Assembly: GCA_047947115.1 (NCBI GenBank)
Contig: CP170459.1
Location: 640,001-704,000, forward strand
Reading direction: 5' to 3'
Origin: Verrucomicrobiota bacterium
Lineage (GTDB): Bacteria > Verrucomicrobiota > Verrucomicrobiia > Limisphaerales > AAA164-E04
Length of the DNA: 64,000 bases
Positions 49,856 to 60,663 of this stretch are shown piece after piece; the first letter of the stretch is position 1; each line of letters opens with the position of its first letter. A program made the position numbers and the translations under genes. The notes below the pieces were generated by a model. That model saw nothing but the letters and a program-made list of their open reading frames with translations. It was not told where the DNA came from and did no database searches.

Positions 49856-52420
49856 ATGACATCGTTCCATCCAATGCGTATGGTCACCCATCAAAGCTTC
49901 TTGCTGGGATGCATCCTTGCTTTCCAGTCGCTGACAGCTGTGTGCGAAGAAGCACAGCAAGCGGAGGTTTTGCCGCGTTCACTGATTTTCCATTGGAACA
50001 CCGAATATGATCATCCTGCTTCCGACACCTTGGTATTGGACGGTGGCGATCGCCACCAACAGATACTTTTAACCGGCACCCTGACGGATGGAACCGTGTG
50101 GGATTACACACGCCGGGCGACCTATGTCACCGAACCTTCCGGGGTTGCGCACGTGGATGACCAAGGACGTATTGTTCCCGTTGGAAACGGGCGTACGGTT
50201 TTAAGCGCGCAGTACGGTGAGCACCTGGAGTCGCGACTGAGCATTGAAGTCAAAAACATCGAAACAATCCGCCCATTGAATTTTTCCAACCAGATTGTGC
50301 CCATCTTCACCAAGACCGGCTGTAACGGAGGAGGATGTCATGGTAAAGCGGCCGGTCAAAACGGTTTTCGGCTTTCGCTGCTTGGATTCGAGCCCGAAGA
50401 AGATTATGGGTTTCTGGTGAGCGAAGCCCGCGGCCGCCGCGTGTTTCCGGCTGCACCGGACCGAAGTCTGCTCCTGTTGAAGGCCACGGGCGAACTACCC
50501 CATGGTGGCGGCAAACGGATGGATAAAGAATCCGACGAGTATCAGCTCTTGAGACGTTGGATCGCTCAGGGCATGCCTTATGGAAATCGAAACGATCCGA
50601 CGGTGGAGCACATTGAAATCATCCCACAGGAACGGCTCATGCCTTTGGAGAGCGATCAGCAGTTGGTGGTATTGGCGCATTACACTGATGGTGGCGTGGA
50701 GGATGTTACCAGGAGAGCGCTCTACGAATCCAATCAAAAGGACATCGCCGAAGTCGACAGTCAGGGATGGGTGCAACTTCGTCAGCAACCCGGTGACGTA
50801 GCCGTCATGGTGAGGTATGATGGTCATGTGGGGGTTTTTCGAGCAACTATTCCGTTGGGAGCGCCCATGGATACGCTGCCCAACCCCAACAATTTTATCG
50901 ACGAAAAGGTCTTTGCAAAACTTGAAAATCTCGGCATTCCGCCATCAGGACTATGTGACGACGCCACTTTTATTCGGCGCGTGACATTGGATGTTGCTGG
51001 CCGATTGCCCACTGAGGCTGAAACACAAGCATTCCTGACCGACACGCGACTCAACAAACGCGACCGATGGATCGATCACCTTCTCGACGGTCCTGATTAT
51101 GCGGATTACTTCGCCAACAAATACAGCGCGCTCCTCCGCAACCGTCGCGACAACGATAAAGAGAAGCGGGGATCGTTTGCGTTTCATAGCTGGATCCGGG
51201 ACAGCTTTTACGACAACAAACCCTACGACCAGTTTGTCCGGGAAATCCTGACCGCTTCAGGGGAGATCACACAGAACCCGCCGACAGCCTGGTATAGGGA
51301 GGTCAACCAAGCACAGGAGCAGCTCGAAGACACCGCGCAACTCTTCCTCGCCACCCGATTGAAATGCGCCCAATGTCATCACCATCCTTACGAACGATGG
51401 AGTCAGAGGGATTATTATCAATTCTCCGCTTTCTTCTCGCGTGTTGGCAGGAAATCGGGAGGCCACCCTGGAGAGGAAATCATCTATCATAAAAGCGGCC
51501 GCGCCTCGGCAACGCATCCGAAGTCCAAAGAGAACCTCTCACCAGCCGGTTTGGGAGCTACCCCGGTGAGTCTTGAACCGGAGGAAGACCCGCGTACGGC
51601 GCTGGCCGAATGGATCACCCAACCGGAAAACCCGTTCTTCGCACGCGCCCTGGTCAATCGCTACTGGAAACACTTCCTCAACCGCGGACTGGTCGAACCG
51701 GAGGATGACATGCGGGATACGAATCCCCCGACCAATCCGGAATTATTGGAGGCTTTGGCGGAACATTTTGTTTCCAGCGGTTTCGACCTGAAGGATCTGG
51801 TGCGCCAGATTTGTCGGTCCCGAACCTATCAGGCAAGCGCCACACCCAACGAGTTCAATGCCATCGATACCCAACATTTTTCACGTCATTACCCTCAGAG
51901 ATTGGAAGCCGAAGTATTGCTGGATGCCGTTGATGAAGTAACCGGTACCGGCACGCATTTCACCGGACTGCCACCATCCTTCCGGGCGGTACAATTGCCG
52001 GACAACAGTTTTAATCAGGACTACTATTTCCTGACCGTTTTCGGACGCCCCGAATCGGCCAGTGCCTGCGAGTGCGAACGATCGATGGACGCAAGCCTGG
52101 CGCAAAGTCTGCACATGTTGAATTCCAAGTCCATCCAGGAAAAGATCCTGTCCGAAAGCGGCACGGCAGCCGGTTTTACCAATGATGATCCGGGAAAGGA
52201 TAACGACAACATCCGAAGCCTCTTCCTCTCCGCTTTGTCCAGGGAACCGACCGATGCCGAAATGCGCCAAGCGAAGGATTACCTCCATCGTTCACCACGG
52301 ATTCGAGTGGATGAACAAGGGCAAGCTCTACCGCCGGATGATAAACGTGATCGCAGGGAATCATTCGAAGATCTGATCTGGATGATGTTGAACATGAAGG
52401 AATTTCTGTTCAACCACTGA
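49856..52420 (+). CDS. Ig-like plus DUF1549/DUF1553 domain protein
   Basis: GCNGGGCHG; DATFIRRVTLD; CAQCHHHP; NPFFARALVNRYW; SACECER; KEFLFNH. Confidence 0.92.
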   Translation: MTSFHPMRMVTHQSFLLGCILAFQSLTAVCEEAQQAEVLPRSLIFHWNTEYDHPASDTLVLDGGDRHQQILLTGTLTDGTVWDYTRRATYVTEPSGVAHVDDQGRIVPVGNGRTVLSAQYGEHLESRLSIEVKNIETIRPLNFSNQIVPIFTKTGCNGGGCHGKAAGQNGFRLSLLGFEPEEDYGFLVSEARGRRVFPAAPDRSLLLLKATGELPHGGGKRMDKESDEYQLLRRWIAQGMPYGNRNDPTVEHIEIIPQERLMPLESDQQLVVLAHYTDGGVEDVTRRALYESNQKDIAEVDSQGWVQLRQQPGDVAVMVRYDGHVGVFRATIPLGAPMDTLPNPNNFIDEKVFAKLENLGIPPSGLCDDATFIRRVTLDVAGRLPTEAETQAFLTDTRLNKRDRWIDHLLDGPDYADYFANKYSALLRNRRDNDKEKRGSFAFHSWIRDSFYDNKPYDQFVREILTASGEITQNPPTAWYREVNQAQEQLEDTAQLFLATRLKCAQCHHHPYERWSQRDYYQFSAFFSRVGRKSGGHPGEEIIYHKSGRASATHPKSKENLSPAGLGATPVSLEPEEDPRTALAEWITQPENPFFARALVNRYWKHFLNRGLVEPEDDMRDTNPPTNPELLEALAEHFVSSGFDLKDLVRQICRSRTYQASATPNEFNAIDTQHFSRHYPQRLEAEVLLDAVDEVTGTGTHFTGLPPSFRAVQLPDNSFNQDYYFLTVFGRPESASACECERSMDASLAQSLHMLNSKSIQEKILSESGTAAGFTNDDPGKDNDNIRSLFLSALSREPTDAEMRQAKDYLHRSPRIRVDEQGQALPPDDKRDRRESFEDLIWMMLNMKEFLFNH

Positions 52421-52445
52421 CCCTGAAAGAAACCTTTCCGTTCGA

Positions 52446-54737
52446 ATGCATCCGATGACTCCATTCAGAAGAAAAAGGTTCCTGCCGGGTCATGGACCAG
52501 GGATTCTTGGAAAGGTTGCAATCCTGGCCGTGATTTTGAACTCCTTCTTATTCGCATGGTCACCGCTTCAGGCCCAGTTGCCACAGGCCCGTCTGGACAC
52601 CATCTTCCCACCCGGCGGCAAACAGGGAACGGAAGTTGAGATACGCTTGACCGGAGAGCATCTGGATGGGGTGATGCAGGTTTTATTTTCACACCCGGGC
52701 ATTCAATCCGACATCAAACCGGATGAATCTTCCGCTCATTCCACACCACCTTCCTTTCACATTTCGATTTCGGCTGAAGTTCCTCCGGGTTTTTATGAAG
52801 TGAGAACCGCAGGATATTTTGGAGTTTCTAATCCACGTTGTTTTGTCGTCGGCACCAAAGCCGAAATTCAAAAGCAGGGCAAACCCCATCATCCAGAACA
52901 GGCGATCAAAGTACCTCTCGAAACCATTGTCAATGGCACCGTCGATCCACAGGCCATTGATCATTTTGTTGTGTCATTGGAAGCAGATCGTTCTTACACG
53001 ATCGAATGCCTCGCGAAATCGATTGATTCAAAACTGAACCCGTCCTTGATCGTCCTTGATCCAAAAGGCCGGGAATGTGCCCGGGCCCGGTCCGGAGGGA
53101 TGGTGCATTTCCAGACTCAACATGCTGGCTCTTACATCATCCGTCTTCACGACACTTTGTTTGAAGGAGGCGCTTCTCACTTTTACCGACTGCGAACGAC
53201 AAGTCTTCCATGTATCGATTTGGCTTTACCAATCAACGGCGCTCCAGGACAAGCGACATCGCATGTCCGGACCTTGGCTACAGAACCCGCGCAGGCGGAA
53301 ATGGAATCCAATGACGTGCCCGAACAGGCGCAAACGATTCAATTACCTTGCGAACTGTCCGGTACTTTTGATCCCTCTGGGGACGTGGATCGATTTCAAT
53401 TCGAATCGAAGAAAGGAGATACGTGGTGGCTGGAAGTATTTTCCCACCGGATGGGACACCCCACCAGTCCTTTTCTTCTTGTTCAAAGAATGGAGAAGCT
53501 AGCGGATACCACGATCACACTACACGACATCAAGGAAGTCTACGCACAGACGAAAAATCCCTTGGGTCGGGCGCTGGATCTGAGTCATCGAGATCCGGAC
53601 TGGCGTTTTGATGTGCCACAGGATGGAATCTATCAGGTGAGACTCAATGATTTGTTTCAACACTCCGGCGCTCCCGGCACTCATCCATACCGGCTAAGCA
53701 TTCGAAATCCACAACCCGATTTCACCCTGATCGCCGTCACATCCCACCCTCAACCAATCAACAATGATGCGCGTACCATTCGCCCCAGTGAACCATTGTT
53801 GCGACAAGGAATGACCTGGCCCTTGGAAGTTGCCGTGATTCGACATGATGGTTTCAATGGACCCATCAAACTGGAATCATCCGGTTTGCCGAATGGAATC
53901 AAGAGCGCGCCGGGCCGGATCGCTGAAGGTGAGGATCGAGGGTGGATTTTCCTGACCGCATCCACCAACGCCCTTTCATCATGGAAATCGATTTCGATTA
54001 CAGGCAGCGCTTCCATCGGTGACAAGGATGTGGTTCGACAAGTCAAAAGCGCCACCACCCTTTGGACGGTGGACGACTACAACAACACCCCATTGGAACA
54101 ACGCCTGGCAAACGCTCAATGGGTGGCCACTGTTGCGGAAGAAGTCGCGCCGATTGTGATCACGCCCGTAGAACCGATCATCCAGATCGCCACCGATCAA
54201 AAAGTGGATATTCCCCTGACGGTTCAATGGAATACCGGAGCGGAAGCTGCCCTCAAGATCAAACCCGTTGGCATTCCTTCCGCGGAAAAATTGCCCGAAC
54301 TGGAAATCAAACCCGACCAGTCCAACTACACCTATTCCTTGAACTTGAACGAGCTGAAATTAGCCTCGGGAAATTACTCCCTTTCATGGTTTGGTCAGAC
54401 AAAAGTCAAATACCGCAACCAACCACAAGCAGCCGAGCACTTCAAAACCAGGTTAAAGGAAGCGGAGGCCCAACTTAACGAAGTCAAAGCAGCAGCACAG
54501 GCAGCAGAGGCATTACTTGCCCAGGCTGGAGATAACGAGGAGCAACAACAGAACGCCCAACGTGAACTGGCATCAGCCCGTCTCAAACTCAAAGATGCGG
54601 AAACCAATCAGTCCACCGCAGCACTGCAAGCCAAACAGGCCGAAGAGCGCGCCAAACAGCGAGATGTTGATTGGATGGTTTATGCCGCACCAATCACTCT
54701 TCACCTTTCCCCGGCACAATCCAAGGAGGAACAATAA
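52446..54737 (+). CDS. PPC (pre-peptidase C-terminal-like) repeat protein
   Basis: IFPPGGKQGTEVEI; GVSNPRCFVVG; E.ESND; GDVDRFQF; QPDFTL; C-terminal coiled coil. Confidence 0.8.
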   Translation: MHPMTPFRRKRFLPGHGPGILGKVAILAVILNSFLFAWSPLQAQLPQARLDTIFPPGGKQGTEVEIRLTGEHLDGVMQVLFSHPGIQSDIKPDESSAHSTPPSFHISISAEVPPGFYEVRTAGYFGVSNPRCFVVGTKAEIQKQGKPHHPEQAIKVPLETIVNGTVDPQAIDHFVVSLEADRSYTIECLAKSIDSKLNPSLIVLDPKGRECARARSGGMVHFQTQHAGSYIIRLHDTLFEGGASHFYRLRTTSLPCIDLALPINGAPGQATSHVRTLATEPAQAEMESNDVPEQAQTIQLPCELSGTFDPSGDVDRFQFESKKGDTWWLEVFSHRMGHPTSPFLLVQRMEKLADTTITLHDIKEVYAQTKNPLGRALDLSHRDPDWRFDVPQDGIYQVRLNDLFQHSGAPGTHPYRLSIRNPQPDFTLIAVTSHPQPINNDARTIRPSEPLLRQGMTWPLEVAVIRHDGFNGPIKLESSGLPNGIKSAPGRIAEGEDRGWIFLTASTNALSSWKSISITGSASIGDKDVVRQVKSATTLWTVDDYNNTPLEQRLANAQWVATVAEEVAPIVITPVEPIIQIATDQKVDIPLTVQWNTGAEAALKIKPVGIPSAEKLPELEIKPDQSNYTYSLNLNELKLASGNYSLSWFGQTKVKYRNQPQAAEHFKTRLKEAEAQLNEVKAAAQAAEALLAQAGDNEEQQQNAQRELASARLKLKDAETNQSTAALQAKQAEERAKQRDVDWMVYAAPITLHLSPAQSKEEQ

Positions 54738-57700
54738 TGAAATTTCCGAATGGCAACCGCATGTGCCACCTGAAGGGCTCATTGTCAATCGCAGTTGCGA
54801 TTCTGTGTCTGTTTGCTTCCGTCGTGATGGCCGGTCCGGACGCGGGCAATTTAAAACCTGTGGATTTCGAATCAGAACTGCTGCCCGTTTTTAAGGCAAA
54901 TTGTCTCGCCTGCCATTCCAGCAGTAAAGCAAAAGGCGGACTCAATCTGGAAACTCCACAGACCATTCTGAATGGCTCAGATTCGGGTGTGGCGGTGGTA
55001 CCGGGGAAAGGGAACGAAAGCTTTCTATATCAGGTCACAGCGAATCTGGTGGAAGACACGGTCATGCCGCCAAAGGATAACAAATCCAATGCGTTGCCTT
55101 TCACCACATCGGAACTGGAGCTGCTTCGGCGCTGGATTGATGAGGGAGCAAAAGGAGAAGTGCGCGGAACTAGGACGCTTCAATGGCAGGCCATGCCACC
55201 CGGTTTGCAGGCCGTTCATGCGGTGGCACTCAGCCCGGATGGTTCGCTTGTTGTTTGCGGTCGTGCGAACCAGATCCACGCCTATCATGTCAGTTCCCGA
55301 CAGTTGGAGGCACGGCTGGGGGATCCTTCCCTTGCCGATTCCAATATCTACGGTATGCAGGGAGCTGCACATTTGGATTTTGTGCAATCGCTGGCTTTCA
55401 GTCCGGACAGCAGACTGCTTGCCTCGGGTGGTTACCGGGTTATCAAATTGTGGAAACGAACCTTTGAAACTGAGGCTTCTCAGGCAGAGTTAAAAACTTT
55501 TTTCTCGAACCAGACATGTTGTAGTTCCATCACTGCAAACGGCAACATCGCTGTCCGGGACATTTCCATTCAACGTCCTCGTCTGGAATTTGGAATAACC
55601 GGTCACCACTTCGCCTGTGCTGAAATATCCCCCGATCATGCGCTGCTAGCGGCAGGAAGTCTTGAAGGAAATTTATGCCTTTGGCGACTCGTTGATGGGC
55701 AATTGATCCACCGGGAAAAGCAGGTCGGAGCGGTACGCTTCATCAAGTGGTTGCCCGATCAGTCAGGTTTATTTACCGCGGGAAGGGATACTCTCATTCG
55801 AAAATGGACCCTCACCAACGAGGTTAAAGATTCCATGCGCTTGCAAAGTGTTTGGGAGGCCCATGAAGGAGAAGTACGGACATTGGATCTTGTTTCCGAT
55901 CCCATTCCCTTTTTGGTATCGGGTGGAACGGATGGTTCGCTGAAATACTGGAGCTTGGAAGATGAAGCATTAAATCAAACCATCACCACTGACAAAGGCA
56001 TAATCCGAGGCTTCGTGTTCAATGAAACGAAGAACCAATCGATCACATTGAGCGACAATGGTTCCCTTCTGGTATGGAATGTGGAAACTGGCGAGCAAAT
56101 CATGGAGATGCAGCCCCATTCCAAGGAAGGCCAAAACCTCGCAGCCGCAGAACGAAAACAAGCCATGGTCGAGTCGTGGTTGAAGGCGAACCAAGCCGAT
56201 CTCAAATCCCTTGAGGATGAGTCCACCAAGGCAAAGGAACGTCAAACAAAAGCCAAAGAAGCCCTGGATGCCGCCGAAAAGCAATTCAAGGACAAGGAAC
56301 ACGCCGTTCATCTTGCCTCAGAAAAAGCGAGTCAGGAACGGCAGGTATTGAATCAATTACAAGACGACATTCAAAAAGCAAGCGAAGCATTCGAACTCGC
56401 CGAAACAAAAGCGAACGAAGCAAAGGCAAAGGCTCTGGAAGCTGCCCATCCATCTGAACCACCGGACGAAGAGAGCCATGTCGATTTTCAATCATTGGAG
56501 GTCCTCATCAAGGAAACGGCAGAACAATCGTTTGCTGCAGGACGTGCAAAAGAAGCCTTCGATCGCATCACTGCCAATAAGGACGAAAAGCTCGAGCAGC
56601 TACAGAAAGCGGCAGAAGAATCCGAGAAACTAATCAAACAACTGGAAGGTGAATTGGCGCCCCTCAAAATGACATTCTCACTTGCCAAAACAGAATGGAA
56701 CCTTGCCACCCAGTCCGAACAAAGCAATGCGACCGCTCTGGAACAAATGCAGCATACGATTGCCGAACGCGAGCAACAATTGAACATGGCAACCATGGAG
56801 GTGGAACAACACCAAACCGCGGCAAACCCACTTTCAATCGGCGACTGGATGCTTTCGGTTTCATTGGATGGCACCATGCTGGCCGCCGTCTCAGCGGACG
56901 GTTCGTGGCGCACCTGGAACATCATCGACGGCACCCCGCTCGAGTGTGGACAACTCAACGCCCAAACGGTCGATAAGGTCCTTGCCAGGCCGAACGGGAA
57001 CGGATGGCTGATTGCGAGTGACAACAGCTTGAGTGTCTTAAACTCCAAACCAACCTGGGTGCTGGATAGCATCCTCGGCACCGGCAATCACGATTCCCCC
57101 ATACGCGATCGAGTCAATGCACTGGCTTTTTCACCGGACGGCACATGGTTGGTTGCCGGCGGAGGCGAACCCAGTCGAAGCGGTGAATTGACGATCTGGA
57201 GCATGGACCATCGCACACTAGCCCAAAATCTGGACCGCATTCACAGCGATGCAATCCTAGGATTGGCCTTTTCTCCGGACGGACAGTTTCTGGCTTCTGC
57301 CGGAACAGACAAGTTCGCCCGTGTCCTGGATTGGCAATCGAAAAAAATCCTGCTGAACCTCGAAGGTCACACACACCACGTCATGGACGTCGCATGGAAA
57401 GCGGACGGAAGACAACTAGCCACCGCCGGAGCCGACAAAGTCGTAAAGATTTGGGACTACCCATCGGGCAACAGAAAGAAAAACGTGGAAGGATTTGAAA
57501 AAGAAATCACAAGCGTTTGCTTCGCCGGATTGAACGATCAACTGATCGCCGCTTCCGGAGATGCCACCATGCGTCTGGTCAACACTGAAGGAAAAGAAAT
57601 CAGAAGATTCGAATCCATCCCGGACTTCCAACAATCCACCTCCATCACTCCAGATGGAAACCTGATCGCGACGGGTGGTGACGATGGGAGCATTAGGATC

Positions 57701-57748
57701 TACCATGCCGACCGAAACCAACCGGACCTTGTTTTCGAGGCTCCGTGA
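54737..57748 (+). CDS. Planctomycete cytochrome c (PSCyt1) plus WD40 repeat plus coiled-coil protein
   Basis: VDFESELLPVFKANCLACH; WIDEGA; many LAFSPD/WD blades split by a long coiled coil; TAATG overlap and AGGAGG RBS. Confidence 0.9.
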   Translation: MKFPNGNRMCHLKGSLSIAVAILCLFASVVMAGPDAGNLKPVDFESELLPVFKANCLACHSSSKAKGGLNLETPQTILNGSDSGVAVVPGKGNESFLYQVTANLVEDTVMPPKDNKSNALPFTTSELELLRRWIDEGAKGEVRGTRTLQWQAMPPGLQAVHAVALSPDGSLVVCGRANQIHAYHVSSRQLEARLGDPSLADSNIYGMQGAAHLDFVQSLAFSPDSRLLASGGYRVIKLWKRTFETEASQAELKTFFSNQTCCSSITANGNIAVRDISIQRPRLEFGITGHHFACAEISPDHALLAAGSLEGNLCLWRLVDGQLIHREKQVGAVRFIKWLPDQSGLFTAGRDTLIRKWTLTNEVKDSMRLQSVWEAHEGEVRTLDLVSDPIPFLVSGGTDGSLKYWSLEDEALNQTITTDKGIIRGFVFNETKNQSITLSDNGSLLVWNVETGEQIMEMQPHSKEGQNLAAAERKQAMVESWLKANQADLKSLEDESTKAKERQTKAKEALDAAEKQFKDKEHAVHLASEKASQERQVLNQLQDDIQKASEAFELAETKANEAKAKALEAAHPSEPPDEESHVDFQSLEVLIKETAEQSFAAGRAKEAFDRITANKDEKLEQLQKAAEESEKLIKQLEGELAPLKMTFSLAKTEWNLATQSEQSNATALEQMQHTIAEREQQLNMATMEVEQHQTAANPLSIGDWMLSVSLDGTMLAAVSADGSWRTWNIIDGTPLECGQLNAQTVDKVLARPNGNGWLIASDNSLSVLNSKPTWVLDSILGTGNHDSPIRDRVNALAFSPDGTWLVAGGGEPSRSGELTIWSMDHRTLAQNLDRIHSDAILGLAFSPDGQFLASAGTDKFARVLDWQSKKILLNLEGHTHHVMDVAWKADGRQLATAGADKVVKIWDYPSGNRKKNVEGFEKEITSVCFAGLNDQLIAASGDATMRLVNTEGKEIRRFESIPDFQQSTSITPDGNLIATGGDDGSIRIYHADRNQPDLVFEAP

Positions 57749-57761
57749 TTCTGGTTAAAGG

Positions 57762-58358
57762 CTCTTCATCATTCCGCTCAATTTCACGATAGAGCTAAGT
57801 CAACACTTCAGGTAGACTTCAATCAATGTCCGGTAACTCACACCCTACAGAAAAAGGCAAAAAACTCCAGACCCTTACCTTGATCGAGGAGCTGAACGGG
57901 GGCTATGTCTGCCCTCCGGTCGCCCGACCAGCCTGGCGCGCCGCTTATGAAGCAGGGGTGGATATGGCGCTGCTGGAAGAAAAACTCGCCATGACACCGG
58001 CTGAAAGATTAGAGGCTCATCACAAAGCAATAAACCGGATCCTGGCTTTACGGGATTCAATGATTCAAGGAAACGAAACGATGGGACGCGAACACGATCT
58101 GATTGCCGTAAGGCAGTTGAAGGCGATTCGGTAAAGGCAGCAACGAGGAGAATGATGGGGTTTGTTGTTGTTTTTGTCTCACACAAAAACAACAAGACAC
58201 AAAGTTCTGATGATGCGATTGAACTTAACCAAAAGAGTATTGAGACTTTGGTTGGTCATTCTTGTGACGTTGACCATCTCGGTTGGATTGAAACTGGCGA
58301 ATACAGAACCTCCTCTCAATGAACCGTCAGAATTTGAGAGTGCCAATGCTGCCAATGA
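57762..58358 (+). repeat. ~600-bp diverged direct repeat, copy 2
   Basis: Colinear with 47686-48279. Confidence 0.9.
57826..58134 (+). CDS. Small antitoxin-like protein, paralog of 47749..48077
   Basis: Same motifs; TAA replaces the GAA codon of copy 1 near the C-terminus. Confidence 0.5.
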   Translation: MSGNSHPTEKGKKLQTLTLIEELNGGYVCPPVARPAWRAAYEAGVDMALLEEKLAMTPAERLEAHHKAINRILALRDSMIQGNETMGREHDLIAVRQLKAIR

Positions 58359-59289
58359 CAGCGCCCATTTGGACATCACCCTGGACGAAATACTGGCTGC
58401 GAATAAAAAACGTGATGCCCTCGTTTTTACCGAAATCCCTGAGCATGCCATGGCTCCTTCCACTCGTTACAGGATCGAATTTACTGCGACGACCGCCGAC
58501 TTTTACCCTTATCGGCCTTTTGATTATTATCATGTAGATGGATGGATCGTAACAGCTCCTGAAGGGGTGGTATGTTCAGTGGACTATCGACCGGCTGTTC
58601 CGATCACCTATATCAAAGGATGGTCATCCGCCGAAAGAGAGCAACGGACAGGCATCACTACTGGCTACACCCACAGGGAAGGGGTCATGTATCTCACTCT
58701 GAGGAAAAAGTTACTCTTTGCACGTAGCCGGACCAAAGCGGCTTCATTGAGTGTTAGTGAACAGTGGTCGGTGAGCGAAAACAACAAACCCGAACGACTG
58801 GAACCCATCGTCCAAGTTTTGCATACGGCGCCTTACTTCGAGCAGTTGCAAATGTTGTGAGCTCTTGGATTCCTGGCTTCAGAGAAACTGGCGAATCCTG
58901 TGGAACAACGCCAGGAAGTCTATGTGAGCAATGGAAATCTGGAGAGTCGCCACATCATCCAAAATCCCAATGGCAACAAAACAGCAGTAGAATACGACAA
59001 AGATTGGCCTGCCTTGGTTCGCAGTCTGGAGGTCTTTCGCCAAAATCGCCAACTGACAAGGTGGTCTGTTAAAACGGAAGGAACCATCCTCGCCGGAAAT
59101 TTGGTTCTCCCCAGTTCCGGAAAATGGTCCACCTACTCATATCGGAATGATGAAAATCATGACCAGGTTCACGATGAATCCTTCTGGCACGTCGAAATCA
59201 AGAAAGCTGAAACCCTTTCACCAAAGCCAGTCCATGAATGGCCCGAATTCCTCGAAGCAATGAAGGTGATTGAACAAAGCAAGAATTAA
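58162..59289 (+). pseudogene. Secreted/membrane hypothetical protein interrupted by an in-frame TGA (58858-58860)
   Basis: ORFs 58162..58860 and 58900..59289 are in the same frame, with an open 13-codon linker between them. Confidence 0.55.
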
Positions 59290-59327
59290 GTATTGATGTT
59301 CTGTCATTTTAGTATTACCATGAACGC

Positions 59328-59558
59328 ATGCCAGTTGTTTCTGTCAAATTAGATTCTCAAGAATTCCAAAGGTTAAAGGCAGAAGCTAGCCGTTTGGGCA
59401 TTTCTCAATCCGAAATGATTCGACAAGGATTGAAAACAGTCATGGAAAACAAGGCTAAAACATCGCTTGCAGATCGAATGCGGGATCTCATCAACGATGT
59501 GAAAGCTCCTGAAGATCTTTCAACAAATCCCGAGTACTTGAAAGACTATGGCAAATAA
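59328..59558 (+). CDS. vapB: CopG/ribbon-helix-helix antitoxin
   Basis: VVSVKL...A..LGISQSEMIRQGL; DLSTNPEYLKDYG tail; overlaps a PIN gene. Confidence 0.8.
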   Translation: MPVVSVKLDSQEFQRLKAEASRLGISQSEMIRQGLKTVMENKAKTSLADRMRDLINDVKAPEDLSTNPEYLKDYGK

Positions 59559-59967
59559 GATCATCGTCGATTCAGGTCCACTGGTTGCCTTGTTAAGTCC
59601 CCGGGATCGTGCACACGAATGGTGTTTGAGCCAAATAGAAACTTTCGAAGAACCGTTGGTGACTTGCGATGCTGTCCTTTCCGAAGCTTTCTTTTTGTTG
59701 AAACGTCACGCTGACAGGGGTTCAGAGGAACTCATGGAAATGATTCGCAGAGGATTGGTTCGATCTATGTTCAGTTTTTCGGAAAAGGAAGACCGAATAC
59801 TGTCCATCATGAAGAAGTATGCCAAACTACCCACCTCTTTTGCTGATTCGTGCCTGGTAGCCATGGCCGAGCAGTTCAAAAACGCCAAGGTTTGGACCCT
59901 GGACAGCGATTTCCGAATCTACCGAAAAATAGATCGACGCCTCATCCCACTTATCATCCCCTATTAG
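59548..59967 (+). CDS. vapC: PIN-domain toxin
   Basis: IIVDSGPLVA, VLSEAF, SFADSCLV, WTLDSDFRIYR acidic PIN residues. Confidence 0.9.
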   Translation: MANKIIVDSGPLVALLSPRDRAHEWCLSQIETFEEPLVTCDAVLSEAFFLLKRHADRGSEELMEMIRRGLVRSMFSFSEKEDRILSIMKKYAKLPTSFADSCLVAMAEQFKNAKVWTLDSDFRIYRKIDRRLIPLIIPY

Positions 59968-60204
59968 AGTTCCCCATTCCACCCCAGATACCGCCCTTGC
60001 CCTGTGAACTTCCATTTCTTAGTGGATTGTGGTTGAAAAACATAATCATCAACCGGTTTTGAAGAGAGTATACGGATCAAGGTTTGGAATCGAATAATAG
60101 AAATGGCTCCACGGTATCACCCACCTGTAAATCCTGTTCATCTCGCGGTAGCTGTCAAAAAAATTTGTCCGGTTTTGCTCCGTTTGTCCATATTCTTATA
60201 GGAA

Positions 60205-60663
60205 ATGGAAGATTGGAAACAATTAGCCGAATACGTAAAGTCCGGATCGGAATCCGCCTTTGAGTCGGTGGTCAACGAACACCTGCAGATGGTGTACGCC
60301 ACCGCCTTGCGCAAGACCGGTAACAGGGATGCCGCCGAAGAGGTGACCCAATCCACCTTTATCGTGTTGACGGAGAAGGCGAAAACCCTCACCCCATCGG
60401 GTTCTTTGGGGGCCTGGCTTCATCGGACGGCTTTGCTGAAATCCAAGGAACGCATTAAAAAGGACATCCTCCAAGCGGAACGTCTGCAGAAGCTGAAAGA
60501 ACACGGAATGCCTCGACCCAAAATCCAGAAGAATCCCAATCCCTGCGCGACCAATTCCAGGCGTTGCTCACAGCTGAAGAAACGGCAAGATTTGCGGACG
60601 ATCCTGCGGAAACTTTTCTACAAGGTATACCGGTCGCACAGAGAGGGCAATTCTGGGAAATGA
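60205..60663 (+). pseudogene. ECF sigma factor N-terminal fragment (region 2 only)
   Basis: SESAFESVV...MVYATALR...AEEVTQSTFIVL..KA...LGAWLHRTA; no region 4; C-terminal ~50 aa look out of frame. Confidence 0.7.
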
